From an uncultured virus (IMG/VR IMGVR_UViG_3300022867_000010) (Duplodnaviria; Heunggongvirae; Uroviricota; Caudoviricetes), in the IMG/VR virus record IMGVR_UViG_3300022867_000010: a stretch of 20,000 bases of DNA; one strand, written 5' to 3'. Shown here in pieces: positions 8,855-16,205 of this stretch; the stretch's first letter is position 1, and each line of letters opens with the position of its first letter. Below the pieces are notes generated by a model, which worked only from the letters and a program-made list of their open reading frames with translations, was not told the origin of the DNA and ran no database searches. A program made the translations under genes and the position numbers.

Positions 8855-9087
8855 AATTTAATCTCTTTAGTGGATATATCTTTTATTCGTCGAATTCTAA
8901 GATTGATATAATGATTATATTCAAGACCGATCATGTCTCCAATCTCAAGATGCGTCATAAATTTTCTAACACCTTCAGATGTTGTCATAACAAAATCGTC
9001 GGGATACATATCAAAGAACTCTTGGAGAGTTAGTATTTCATAATCTCCTTGATAATCAATGTCATATTTACGGACCTTGAATAACAT
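8851..9087 (-). CDS. Hypothetical protein
   Basis: Tightly packed ORF in the minus-strand operon. Confidence 0.65.
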   Translation of the reverse strand: MLFKVRKYDIDYQGDYEILTLQEFFDMYPDDFVMTTSEGVRKFMTHLEIGDMIGLEYNHYINLRIRRIKDISTKEIKL

Positions 9088-9088
9088 A

Positions 9089-9400
9089 TTATACGACTAC
9101 GATAGCGTTTTTCTTTTCGCGATATTCAACACCGCGAGCACGAATACATTTAAAACCATCGGCACCGCCAAATTCGATTTCTTCATTCGGATCAAGATCT
9201 AGATCATTCATCATCTCGTTTGTTACAAGAGAGTAACGACCCTTAAGCAAGGTATGAACCTTTGCAAATTTATATTCAACAGTGATTTCTTTAGAGTGTG
9301 ATATCAATGAACCTAGTCCACCTGACTTCAGGTTGTCCATACAGAATTCAGAGTAACGGCCGCCGTTTGAGTCAGTAGTTTGGAAAGCAGGATTGTACAT
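9089..9400 (-). CDS. Hypothetical early protein
   Basis: Start moved to ATG 9400 because it follows the shared GAAGAGACTAAA leader also seen before 9828 and 10717. Confidence 0.65.
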   Translation of the reverse strand: MYNPAFQTTDSNGGRYSEFCMDNLKSGGLGSLISHSKEITVEYKFAKVHTLLKGRYSLVTNEMMNDLDLDPNEEIEFGGADGFKCIRARGVEYREKKNAIVVV

Positions 9401-9432
9401 ATTTTTAGTCTCTTCAATTAATTTATACATAT

Positions 9433-9461
9433 ATTATACCATGGTTGGGGTATAATGTCAA
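9433..9461 (-). promoter_or_regulatory. Sigma70-type early promoter with upstream repeated motif
   Basis: TTGACA-17-TATAAT, extended -10. Confidence 0.8.
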
Positions 9462-9513
9462 CAACTAATTTCAGTTTAGTTATAATTAGTTGTTATATCG
9501 TTAGAATTAGTTG

Positions 9514-9828
9514 TTATACGATTGCATAATCAGCAGGAGAATTGTCTACTAATTGTCTCGCGGCTTCTTTCATGATACAAACCAAACCAGACAATGTCGG
9601 GCCGTCACCAGCTAATCTTAACAAGGCTACAGTAGAAGAAGAAGGATAGGCTATCGCATCCCAATGTTTGACCGATGTTATATCATTAAAATATTGGTCA
9701 TCACTTTTAAGCAACAATTCGATGGAAAATCGTTGCAGCACACGATTTCGAGTTTCCTCTGTGACAAATTGAGCATAATATTCGCGGTGATTGCATTTTC
9801 TGTTTAGATAATCATTTCTTGATAACAT
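9514..9828 (-). CDS. Hypothetical early protein
   Basis: Has its own promoter and the shared leader; 104 aa. Confidence 0.75.
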   Translation of the reverse strand: MLSRNDYLNRKCNHREYYAQFVTEETRNRVLQRFSIELLLKSDDQYFNDITSVKHWDAIAYPSSSTVALLRLAGDGPTLSGLVCIMKEAARQLVDNSPADYAIV

Positions 9829-9859
9829 AATTTAGTCTCTTCAATTAATTTATAGATGT

Positions 9860-9888
9860 ATTATATCATAGACTTATTATAATGTCAA
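9860..9888 (-). promoter_or_regulatory. Sigma70-type early promoter
   Basis: TTGACA-17-TATAAT, extended -10. Confidence 0.8.
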
Positions 9889-9975
9889 CAACTTTGTTAT
9901 AATTAGTTGTTATATCGATATAAGAAGTTCGTCAAGTGCAGTTATATAACTTTTTGCCTCGTTTCTTCGTTCTGC

Positions 9976-10533
9976 TTATGACACACCTTCTTTAAAGTCT
10001 ATGGCCATTTGTTTGGCATCTTCCATAGTTTTTGCTACCCATTCACCTCGCCCTAGATCTGATATACGATGCAAACAACCGCCAATAGTGTTATGAAGAC
10101 TTAAGTTTGGAGTAGTGTTCGTATACTCCCACTTGATATCGTAACATTTTTCGCCTTGCTCTTCAACGATGCCATCGCATCTGACGTTAATGTGGTATTC
10201 ATCCTTCCAAAAATCAATAGCGGCTTGTTTGTCGTCCTCTGGATTATTTGCTATATAATGACAATCACCTTTTACGCAAGTAGACCCAACTTTAAAGCCG
10301 TTCAGTGCACGATGACTCCAACCAAACCATTCTTTTTGTAGAGGACTATACCCAACACCATGTGTCAATTGTTCTGTGATTTCAAGCTTTGCAAGAATCT
10401 CAACCTGATCTTCCATACCAACGTGAGTAATATAAGACTCGTCAAAATTGCTAAAGTAGCAATCCATGTCTTCATCGCAAATATTATAGGGTTTGATATA
10501 CGCTACTTGTGCTAACCATTCTTTTGTATTCAT
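9976..10533 (-). CDS. Hypothetical phage protein
   Basis: 185-aa ORF with AGGA RBS; function not recognised. Confidence 0.75.
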   Translation of the reverse strand: MNTKEWLAQVAYIKPYNICDEDMDCYFSNFDESYITHVGMEDQVEILAKLEITEQLTHGVGYSPLQKEWFGWSHRALNGFKVGSTCVKGDCHYIANNPEDDKQAAIDFWKDEYHINVRCDGIVEEQGEKCYDIKWEYTNTTPNLSLHNTIGGCLHRISDLGRGEWVAKTMEDAKQMAIDFKEGVS

Positions 10534-10549
10534 AATTTAATCCTGTGTA

Positions 10550-10717
10550 TTATCCACCAAGAACCAGAGTGTTTTCTTCTGAGTTGTCGGCAATTAATAT
10601 ATGTTTTGGTTCAAAGTCTACATAACAACAAGCATCGGCGTCGAATGTTGACGCCTTTAAATCTCCATATAAAAGCAAGTCGGTTTCTAATTTGGCAATA
10701 ATTTCTGAAATCATCAT
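10550..10717 (-). CDS. Hypothetical early protein (55 aa), not in the ORF track
   Basis: MMISEIIAKLETDLLLYGDL...LVLGG*, directly after the shared promoter and leader repeat. Confidence 0.7.
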   Translation of the reverse strand: MMISEIIAKLETDLLLYGDLKASTFDADACCYVDFEPKHILIADNSEENTLVLGG

Positions 10718-10748
10718 AATTTAGTCTCTTCAATTAATTTATAGATGT

Positions 10749-10777
10749 ATTATACCACAACTATGATGTAATGTCAA
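10749..10777 (-). promoter_or_regulatory. Sigma70-type early promoter
   Basis: TTGACA-17-TATAAT, extended -10. Confidence 0.8.
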
Positions 10778-10819
10778 CAACATATTTAGAACTTGTAGTT
10801 ATATTGTTATAATTTTTAA

Positions 10820-11083
10820 TTATATCGCAAAATGCGCGCCGACACCCTCAGACCACACAAGCAATTTGTTTAACGCTTCTTTTGGTGTACCGCACGAATC
10901 AGCCGTACCTAGATGAGATATAACTAACGCCTCGTCAACCACATATTTCCATTCTTCAAGCTCTGCAACCTTTGCCCGTAGAATGTAAATTTCAGGATCT
11001 GTCCAATCAACGTTGCAACAACACTCACTGCTACTATATGCAAAGCATTTACATCCTTTTCCTGCGTAATAATCTTCATTCAT
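10820..11083 (-). CDS. Hypothetical protein with Cys-rich N-terminus
   Basis: GC.C.A....ECCC.VDWT motif followed by a short coiled coil. Confidence 0.65.
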   Translation of the reverse strand: MNEDYYAGKGCKCFAYSSSECCCNVDWTDPEIYILRAKVAELEEWKYVVDEALVISHLGTADSCGTPKEALNKLLVWSEGVGAHFAI

Positions 11084-11243
11084 AATAAAATACCAAACTT
11101 GATTTAATAAAAACTTTTAAAAATTGGGTCTGCACCTCGACTAGGTAACTCAGAATCCACGGTTCTTTTTGTCTCGCCACAAAACGTTGTTGGATGTCGC
11201 ACCAGAGTGAATTTTCATCACATAGGATATTTCTATTAGTTCA

Positions 11244-11591
11244 TCATCCATTATTTTTCTCTATATGTTTGCATTTGCGCCGAAATTTAAATCCAGGGCA
11301 AGTGCATGATAATTTTCCTTCAACATCAGACACAACATAATTAGTGCCTTTGCTGCCTTGGACAACCCAAGTGATACCTTCTGGTACAGCAGGGGCAGAA
11401 GCATCATTTCGACTACACAAAGTTCTGAACTTACGGCGGGACTTGCTGAATCTCTTCATCGGATTGATGAACTCTTTATATTCACCATTTGGCGGCTGGT
11501 ACCCTACAAGAGCACCGCTATCATTGACATGATACATACCGCCTGGGTATTCCCAATCAGTGATTTCTTCTAATACCGTAATTGATGCCAT
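11244..11591 (-). CDS. SWIM zinc-finger protein
   Basis: V.GSKG..Y.V......SCTCPGFKFRRKCKHI (CxC...CxH). Confidence 0.85.
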   Translation of the reverse strand: MASITVLEEITDWEYPGGMYHVNDSGALVGYQPPNGEYKEFINPMKRFSKSRRKFRTLCSRNDASAPAVPEGITWVVQGSKGTNYVVSDVEGKLSCTCPGFKFRRKCKHIEKNNG

Positions 11592-11622
11592 AATATAGTC
11601 AACCTTAATTTCTTATATAACT

Positions 11623-11651
11623 ATTGTATCATAATCTTTGTGTAATGTCAA
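11623..11651 (-). promoter_or_regulatory. Sigma70-type promoter
   Basis: TTGACA-17-TACAAT, extended -10. Confidence 0.7.
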
Positions 11652-11917
11652 CCAATAACTTCAAATAAATGAAGTACTAGGCCGCTATCGATATATGCTG
11701 TGGTCATGTATTTGTGTTCAACACCCATAATGTAGGGTATTTCCTCTCCTGTAAATATCACATCAAAATGTCTTATCTCTGTATATGCACTGGTATCGAT
11801 CTTGGCCCATAACACAAAACGATCATTTTCTATAGAAGCTGTCAATATCTCAGCACCGATGGGCAATTTTAATTCAGTTTTGCGATTTGTTAACTCATAT
11901 TTAAAAATTTTAATCAT
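11648..11917 (-). CDS. Hypothetical phage protein
   Basis: IFKY.L......LP.GA.IL.......LWA.......TG........T.....V.H.FE pattern typical of a small phage family. Confidence 0.75.
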   Translation of the reverse strand: MIKIFKYELTNRKTELKLPIGAEILTASIENDRFVLWAKIDTSAYTEIRHFDVIFTGEEIPYIMGVEHKYMTTAYIDSGLVLHLFEVIG

Positions 11918-11931
11918 CTAATTTGTCTCTT

Positions 11932-12120
11932 TTAATTGAAAACGTCTAATATAATATCTGTTATTACGATAGAACAAATGTCCTCGTAATCTTCTCCACA
12001 CAAGTCTTCTGCTAAATCCAACATATCCTCGATGGATGCATCCCCACTTGCTCTGGTTCCGTATTGTCGACCCGTTCCGTCTAATTTACGGGTTCTGAAT
12101 GTTATTTCATACGTTCCCAT
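11932..12120 (-). CDS. Hypothetical protein
   Basis: Starts 4 nt after the rtcB stop, same strand. Confidence 0.65.
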   Translation of the reverse strand: MGTYEITFRTRKLDGTGRQYGTRASGDASIEDMLDLAEDLCGEDYEDICSIVITDIILDVFN

Positions 12121-12124
12121 AGTA

Positions 12125-13312
12125 TTAACCCTTTACACAAAGCACTTGTTTAATTTCATGTACAATCTCTACCAAATCGGCCTGAGCTGCCATTACATCA
12201 TCGATAGGTTTATACGCACTTGGAGTCTCGTCTATAATACCTTCGTCTATTCTACACTCCACACCACGAACTGCTTCTTCGTGTTGCTGCATAGTTACTA
12301 ATTTCTTCGCTTGGGTTCTGGACATAACCCGACCGGCGCCATGACTACAACTGTGGAAAGATTCCTTGTTTCCCAAGCCTTTAACTATGAATGATCTCTG
12401 TCCCATGCTACTTGGAATGATACCATATTGCCCTTTCTTAGCAGAAACCGCACCCTTTCGAGTAACCCACACATTTTCGTTGTAATGGTTTTCTTTCTGT
12501 ACATAGTTATGATGACAGTCAACAGTCAACTCATCTACCGTAAAAGGTTGTGTATGTTTTTCAAGCACTTCTAAAACATTTTTCATCATCAAAGCACGAT
12601 TCATCTTCGCGAATTCTTGTGCCCAGTCAACGGCTTCGATATATTGATCGAAGTAGGTCGAGTTTTCTGGTAAATATGCCAAGTCCTCGTCTGGCAAAGA
12701 AATAAAATACTTCTCCATTTCCAACTTTGCTTTCTCAATAAAGTATCTGCCAATAGCATTACCCACACCACGACTACCTGAATGTAGCATTACCCACACC
12801 GAATTGTCTGCTTTCTCGATACACACTTCGATGAAATGATTTCCACCACCCAAGGTGCCTAGATGAGCAATATTGTTTGTCTTCTCGACAGGGGCAAATT
12901 CACGCAAATTATCAAAGCCTGAACTTAAATGTTTATTCCAAGTATCGATAACTTCCTTGGGTAATTTCTGGACGTTATGTTTCCCTTGTCCTACAGGAAT
13001 CACCGCTTCAATGTCTAATCTCATCGATTTTAGGTTAAAAGGCAAGTCAGACGCAGTTAAAGACGTTTTAACGGCTTGCATGCCGCAGCCAAGGTCAACG
13101 CCAACTGCAGACGGGATAATCGCTTTTTTGGTGGCCAGAACTGTTCCTATAGCGCAACCTTTACCTAAGTGGGCATCAGGCATAGACGCAATCCATTTGT
13201 GTATGAATGGCATATCAGCAAGGTTCATTAATTGTTCTTTTGTGTTTTCCGCAAAATCAACACCATCACACCAAGCCTTTACTACATGGCCGCGGCCAGT
13301 TAAAACTTTCAT
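12125..13312 (-). CDS. rtcB: RNA ligase RtcB
   Basis: MPDAH.GKG..IG, VGVDLGCGM, LGTLGGGNHFIE, HSGSRG.G, HHNY, RKGA, SCSHGAGR, DETP.AYK, C-terminal VKG. Confidence 0.97.
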   Translation of the reverse strand: MKVLTGRGHVVKAWCDGVDFAENTKEQLMNLADMPFIHKWIASMPDAHLGKGCAIGTVLATKKAIIPSAVGVDLGCGMQAVKTSLTASDLPFNLKSMRLDIEAVIPVGQGKHNVQKLPKEVIDTWNKHLSSGFDNLREFAPVEKTNNIAHLGTLGGGNHFIEVCIEKADNSVWVMLHSGSRGVGNAIGRYFIEKAKLEMEKYFISLPDEDLAYLPENSTYFDQYIEAVDWAQEFAKMNRALMMKNVLEVLEKHTQPFTVDELTVDCHHNYVQKENHYNENVWVTRKGAVSAKKGQYGIIPSSMGQRSFIVKGLGNKESFHSCSHGAGRVMSRTQAKKLVTMQQHEEAVRGVECRIDEGIIDETPSAYKPIDDVMAAQADLVEIVHEIKQVLCVKG

Positions 13313-13830
13313 TATTGTAACTCCTTTCCTATATTATTTTTGTTGAGACCTGCCGTATACCAAACAGGCACTGTATTAAATTTCCATGCAGCGAAGTAAC
13401 TTTTTTCTTCGACATAATACTTACGGTATGCATCGACAGCAGAAGTACCTTTGCAGTAATCTGGCATACACTGTGGCGGTTCGCGCCAACCTGCATCTGG
13501 AATACCTTTCGGTAATTTTCCAAGCAAGGTACCTAATTTTCTCCAAGACAAATGTACCTTGCCGTAACGTGCCGTGTATTGCTCCGAAAGGGATTGAAAC
13601 AAGTTATACATGTACATATATTGTTGCTTGTTTTCTCGCACCCATATAGTTGATGGGTGGTTTTTATGAGCGATTTTATATAGATCAGTTGATAATTCTG
13701 TACCTTCGTCGAGTATACGATGGGCAGTTGATAACATCTGTGCATATTCAAGAATCATTTTAACACAATGTTTGTCACAATGCATTGCTGCAGCAATCTC
13801 GTAATCATTGCTAAGATAAAATATATTCAT
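13312..13830 (-). CDS. Pyrimidine-dimer DNA glycosylase (DenV/PDG) superfamily protein
   Basis: MNIFYL......AA..HCDKH.VKMILE.AQMLSTAH...H.NHP...W...RYGK.H...Q.MP...AYR.YY. Confidence 0.8.
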   Translation of the reverse strand: MNIFYLSNDYEIAAAMHCDKHCVKMILEYAQMLSTAHRILDEGTELSTDLYKIAHKNHPSTIWVRENKQQYMYMYNLFQSLSEQYTARYGKVHLSWRKLGTLLGKLPKGIPDAGWREPPQCMPDYCKGTSAVDAYRKYYVEEKSYFAAWKFNTVPVWYTAGLNKNNIGKELQ

Positions 13831-13862
13831 AATTTAATTTGTTTCTCAATTTCAATACGTGT

Positions 13863-13891
13863 ATTATATCATAAGGTGGGGGTTGTGTCAA
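13863..13891 (-). promoter_or_regulatory. Sigma70-type promoter for the denV-like/rtcB operon
   Basis: TTGACA-17-TATAAT, extended -10. Confidence 0.8.
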
Positions 13892-13937
13892 CAACTTAGT
13901 TGTTATATCGATATAACTGATAGTTATATGGGGGAAT

Positions 13938-14012
13938 TGGTGGGCATGCTAGGGTTCGAACCTAGGATAGCAGATTCAAAATCTGCCGTGTTTCCTACTA
14001 CACTACACGCCT
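13938..14012 (-). tRNA. tRNA-Gln(UUG)
   Basis: Cloverleaf; anticodon arm GCAGA-TTTTGAA-TCTGC; encoded CCA; unpaired 1:72. Confidence 0.88.
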
Positions 14013-14031
14013 ATAATTAGAATATACAATT

Positions 14032-14104
14032 TGGCGCTCCCGATAGGACTCGAACCTATAAATTCCCAGCTTCGTAGGCCGAGTTGCATCCAGTTGCCGA
14101 GAGC
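14032..14104 (-). tRNA. tRNA-Arg(ACG), compact D-arm
   Basis: Acceptor GCTCTCG/CGGGAGC, loop CTACGAA, T-loop TTCGAGT, CCA. Confidence 0.8.
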
Positions 14105-14109
14105 ATAAT

Positions 14110-14274
14110 TTAATAATTTTCGAATTTGCATTTATTGCAGTGGACGTGATGCCTATGGTCTTCTTTGTTTTTCTGGTCACAATTGGTTAGATTACCGGAC
14201 AAGCAATGAGGGCATATTTTACCTGCCTTCAATTTGTCTCGGAACTTTCTATGTTTACCGCTTCTATTAGACAT
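14110..14274 (-). CDS. Small zinc-ribbon protein (54 aa), not in the ORF track
   Basis: MSNRSGKHRKFRDKLKAGKICPHC...HCNKCKFENY*; two CxxC pairs; AGGA RBS; fills the gap between two tRNAs. Confidence 0.7.
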   Translation of the reverse strand: MSNRSGKHRKFRDKLKAGKICPHCLSGNLTNCDQKNKEDHRHHVHCNKCKFENY

Positions 14275-14290
14275 TTCGTTTCCTATAAAT

Positions 14291-14380
14291 TGGCGGAAAG
14301 ATGAGGAGTCGAACCCCTAACGCTACTAACGTCACCACGGTATTCAACACCGTTTGCCGGCCTACCCAGCGGATCAATCC
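14291..14380 (-). tRNA. tRNA-Ser(UGA), 8/4-type
   Basis: Anticodon arm ACGGT-GTTGAAT-ACCGT, long variable arm, 4-bp T stem, G73, CCA. Confidence 0.8.
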
Positions 14381-14390
14381 ATAATTTAAA

Positions 14391-14488
14391 ACTGTCTCAG
14401 GATCGTGCCTGATTAACTGGGTTAAGGACCCATTGCATTATTGCTGTGTCATAGTGCACTAATCACAGAAATTATTATGCTAAACAGT
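14391..14488 (-). ncRNA. tRNA-like RNA with a hairpin inserted in the D-loop and no CCA
   Basis: ACTGTT/GACAGT terminal stem, GCAT/ATGC D stem enclosing a CTGTG/CACAG hairpin, TGGG/CCCA arm, TCAGG/CCTGA T-like arm. Confidence 0.45.
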
Positions 14489-14530
14489 GTGTTATAACAA
14501 GATTTTCTACTATATTCAGTAGATGTAATT

Positions 14531-14617
14531 TGGAAGAAGGTAGAGGTAACGATCCCCGAACGCTATAAACGATCCCTTGGGGTTCAAACCCAATTTGTGC
14601 CCAGCACGGTACCTTCC
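14531..14617 (-). tRNA. tRNA-Ser(UGA), 8/4-type, second copy
   Basis: 8-bp acceptor GGAAGGTA/TACCTTCT, loop TTTGAAC, long variable arm, 4-bp T stem, CCA. Confidence 0.78.
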
Positions 14618-14622
14618 ATTTT

Positions 14623-14696
14623 TGGTAGTCAATGTTGGAATTGAACCAACGTCTCAGGCATGTAAAACCTGTGCTAATCCCCTCAGCTAATCGACT
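14623..14696 (-). tRNA. tRNA-Val(UAC)
   Basis: Canonical cloverleaf, loop TTTACAT, CCA. Confidence 0.9.
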
Positions 14697-14701
14697 TTAA
14701 T

Positions 14702-14770
14702 TGGTGGGCCGAGAGGGTCACGATCCCTCTCTCTCCAAATTATGAGTTTGTTGCTTTCCCAGTTAAGCTG
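14702..14770 (-). pseudogene. tRNA with CAU anticodon lacking its 5' acceptor strand
   Basis: D arm, loop CTCATAA, T arm and TCGGCCC-A-CCA are present, but the 7 nt upstream of the D arm do not pair with the acceptor 3' strand. Confidence 0.65.
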
Positions 14771-14850
14771 TACCAGCCGAGGGATTGAACCTCGTATTGG
14801 ATATCAAAGTGACGCCTTGACAATAATATCCTAGCAAACCATGCGCTGGC
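14769..14850 (-). ncRNA. tRNA-like RNA with an oversized anticodon-arm loop
   Basis: GCCAGC/GCTGGT acceptor, CGAGG-TTCAATC-CCTCG T arm, GGATAT/ATATCC stem closing a ~20-nt loop. Confidence 0.5.
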
Positions 14851-14855
14851 ATTGA

Positions 14856-14926
14856 TGGTGGTGAGCCTAGGTATCGAACCTAACTGATCTGAGATATGAA
14901 CTCTGATTGGTCCCTGACCGCCCACC
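14856..14926 (-). tRNA. tRNA with CAU anticodon (Met or Ile2), compact D-arm
   Basis: Acceptor GGTGGGC/GCTCACC, D arm GGTC-AGG-GACC, loop TTCATAT, CCA. Confidence 0.75.
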
Positions 14927-14933
14927 ATAAAAG

Positions 14934-15023
14934 TGGAGGAAGACGCTGAAATTGAATCAGACACACATTTCTGGTGCGATTTGTTTAGCAAACAATCCTA
15001 GTCACCAGACTAGATCATCTTCC
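14934..15023 (-). tRNA. tRNA-Ser(GCU), 8/4-type with 6-bp D stem
   Basis: GGAAGATG/CGTCTTCC, CTAGTC-TGGT-GACTAG, loop TTGCTAA, long variable arm, CTGA/TCAG T stem, CCA. Confidence 0.82.
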
Positions 15024-15028
15024 GAAAA

Positions 15029-15099
15029 TGGCGACCCGATAAGGAATTGAACCTTACAAGACAACGTTTGGAGTGTCGTCACCGCCCAGCGGCCGAGCC
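15029..15099 (-). tRNA. tRNA-Trp(CCA), compact D-arm
   Basis: D arm CCGC-TGG-GCGG, loop CTCCAAA, G73, CCA. Confidence 0.78.
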
Positions 15100-15104
15100 A
15101 ATAT

Positions 15105-15180
15105 TGGAGGCAAATAAGAGAATCAAACTCTTCAATAACGAATTTGCAATTCGCACCCGTCATCAGCTGGGTCATCTGCC
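15105..15180 (-). tRNA. tRNA-Cys(GCA)
   Basis: GGC start, loop TTGCAAA, U73, CCA. Confidence 0.85.
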
Positions 15181-15187
15181 GTAAAAT

Positions 15188-15259
15188 TGGTGGAGAATAT
15201 CGGTAACGATCCGATCCATCGACATTGCAAATGTCAAGTCTATCCCATACAGATTCCCC
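15188..15259 (-). tRNA. tRNA-Ala(UGC), compact D-arm
   Basis: G3-U70 pair, loop TTTGCAA, A73, CCA. Confidence 0.83.
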
Positions 15260-15357
15260 AAATTTGGTGGACCTTTTAAGAAGGTAGCCGAACCTTTATT
15301 CTATCGCGTGTTCCATATTACACCACATGCCGGACTCGAACCGGATCTCTAAGAATT

Positions 15358-15443
15358 TGGTGGTAGTGGAAGGATTCGAACCCTCAATGACTAGCATACC
15401 TGCGGGTTACAGCCGCGTACCCTTCCTAATGGGTGTCACTACC
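15358..15443 (-). tRNA. tRNA-Tyr(GUA)
   Basis: GGTAGTG/CACTACC, loop CTGTAAC, long variable region, A73, CCA. Confidence 0.9.
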
Positions 15444-15977
15444 TTTGTTTCTTTTCAATGTTCTAGTTGCATTGGTCACCGTTGCGGCACAACTAGAACT
15501 ACAATATTTGTTCTTTCGTTTTTTATAAGATATAGCATCATGACAATATTCACATATCTTAGGAGATTCTTTATATATAGCTTGAGTCTTATAATGTCGG
15601 GCATTAGCTTTTTCTGATGCCCCATTTTCATTAGCTATGCGCATTGCCTTTTGATTTTTAAGTTTTCTCAATTTCTCATTAGAGTTGATATAGTCCCATC
15701 CACCAGAACCACCTAATTTTAGGTTATAGGTATTAGATTCAGCAATGAAATCAAGATTAACAATTTCAGATTCCTTGTTAAACATTTCCTCTGGGTTGTC
15801 ATAAACGAATAAGATTTCTTTTGTGAATTTGTCTAATCCATGTTTGTCCTGAGCGTATTTTAAGTATTTTCCAGAACCCATATAATTGTCGTTCAAATTT
15901 TTGGTCTTATGTGTTCCAATATAGAACTTGCCATTGATTTGATTTGAAATCTTATAAACAGTGTATTTTATTTCCAT
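15426..15977 (-). mobile_element. Free-standing GIY-YIG (Seg-like) homing endonuclease inside the tRNA array
   Basis: [26 protein letters not shown]...E...YNLK.GG.GG; C-terminal CxxC...CSxxC. Confidence 0.9.
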
Positions 15978-15982
15978 ACATC

Positions 15983-15990
15983 TATTTATA
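15983..15990 (-). promoter_or_regulatory. T4-type late promoter TATAAATA
   Basis: Exact match 5 nt upstream of the endonuclease ATG. Confidence 0.75.
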
Positions 15991-16017
15991 ATATTTCGAG
16001 TCTTGACTTCGACTCAA

Positions 16018-16091
16018 GGGAGCAGGTAGGGATAATCGAAATCCACTCAGCACGGCTTGGAAGGCCGGCGACTCACCTCGAGCTTACCTGC
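16018..16091 (-). tRNA. tRNA-Gly(UCC), 3' end reads CCC rather than CCA
   Basis: GCAGGTA/TACCTGC, U73, loop CTTCCAA; short D arm. Confidence 0.78.
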
Positions 16092-16101
16092 AAAAATAAA
16101 A

Positions 16102-16201
16102 CACACGACAGACAGAGGGCGATAACAAATGGGCTTTAACGATATATCAGCATCATCCCTGCCGCACCTCGACGGCTTTTCTCTACTTCATCTGTCGTGC
16201 A
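16102..16201 (-). ncRNA. Structured RNA candidate between tRNA-fMet and tRNA-Gly
   Basis: 11-bp terminal stem GCACGACAGAT/GTCTGTCGTGT with G-U pairs on the minus strand, plus internal GCCG/CGGC hairpin. Confidence 0.45.
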
Positions 16202-16205
16202 TATT

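Noticed and set aside
9476..9520. CRISPR-like mini-array
   Set aside because: Repeats are 17 bp with 4-bp linkers, tied to promoters, with no spacers or cas genes.
11104..11251. Possible ~48-aa ORF between the SWIM gene and 10820-11083
   Set aside because: Short, no recognisable motif and ambiguous frame; not supportable from sequence alone.
36..13751. Antisense and alternate-frame ORFs overlapping gp4, the endonuclease, tape measure, gp32, rtcB and the denV-like gene
   Set aside because: Shadow frames of well-supported genes with no recognisable motifs.
14291..14617. Selenocysteine or stop-suppressor tRNAs
   Set aside because: The anticodon reads UGA (decoding UCA, Ser), not UCA. No suppressor anticodon was found, and genes end normally at all three stop codons.
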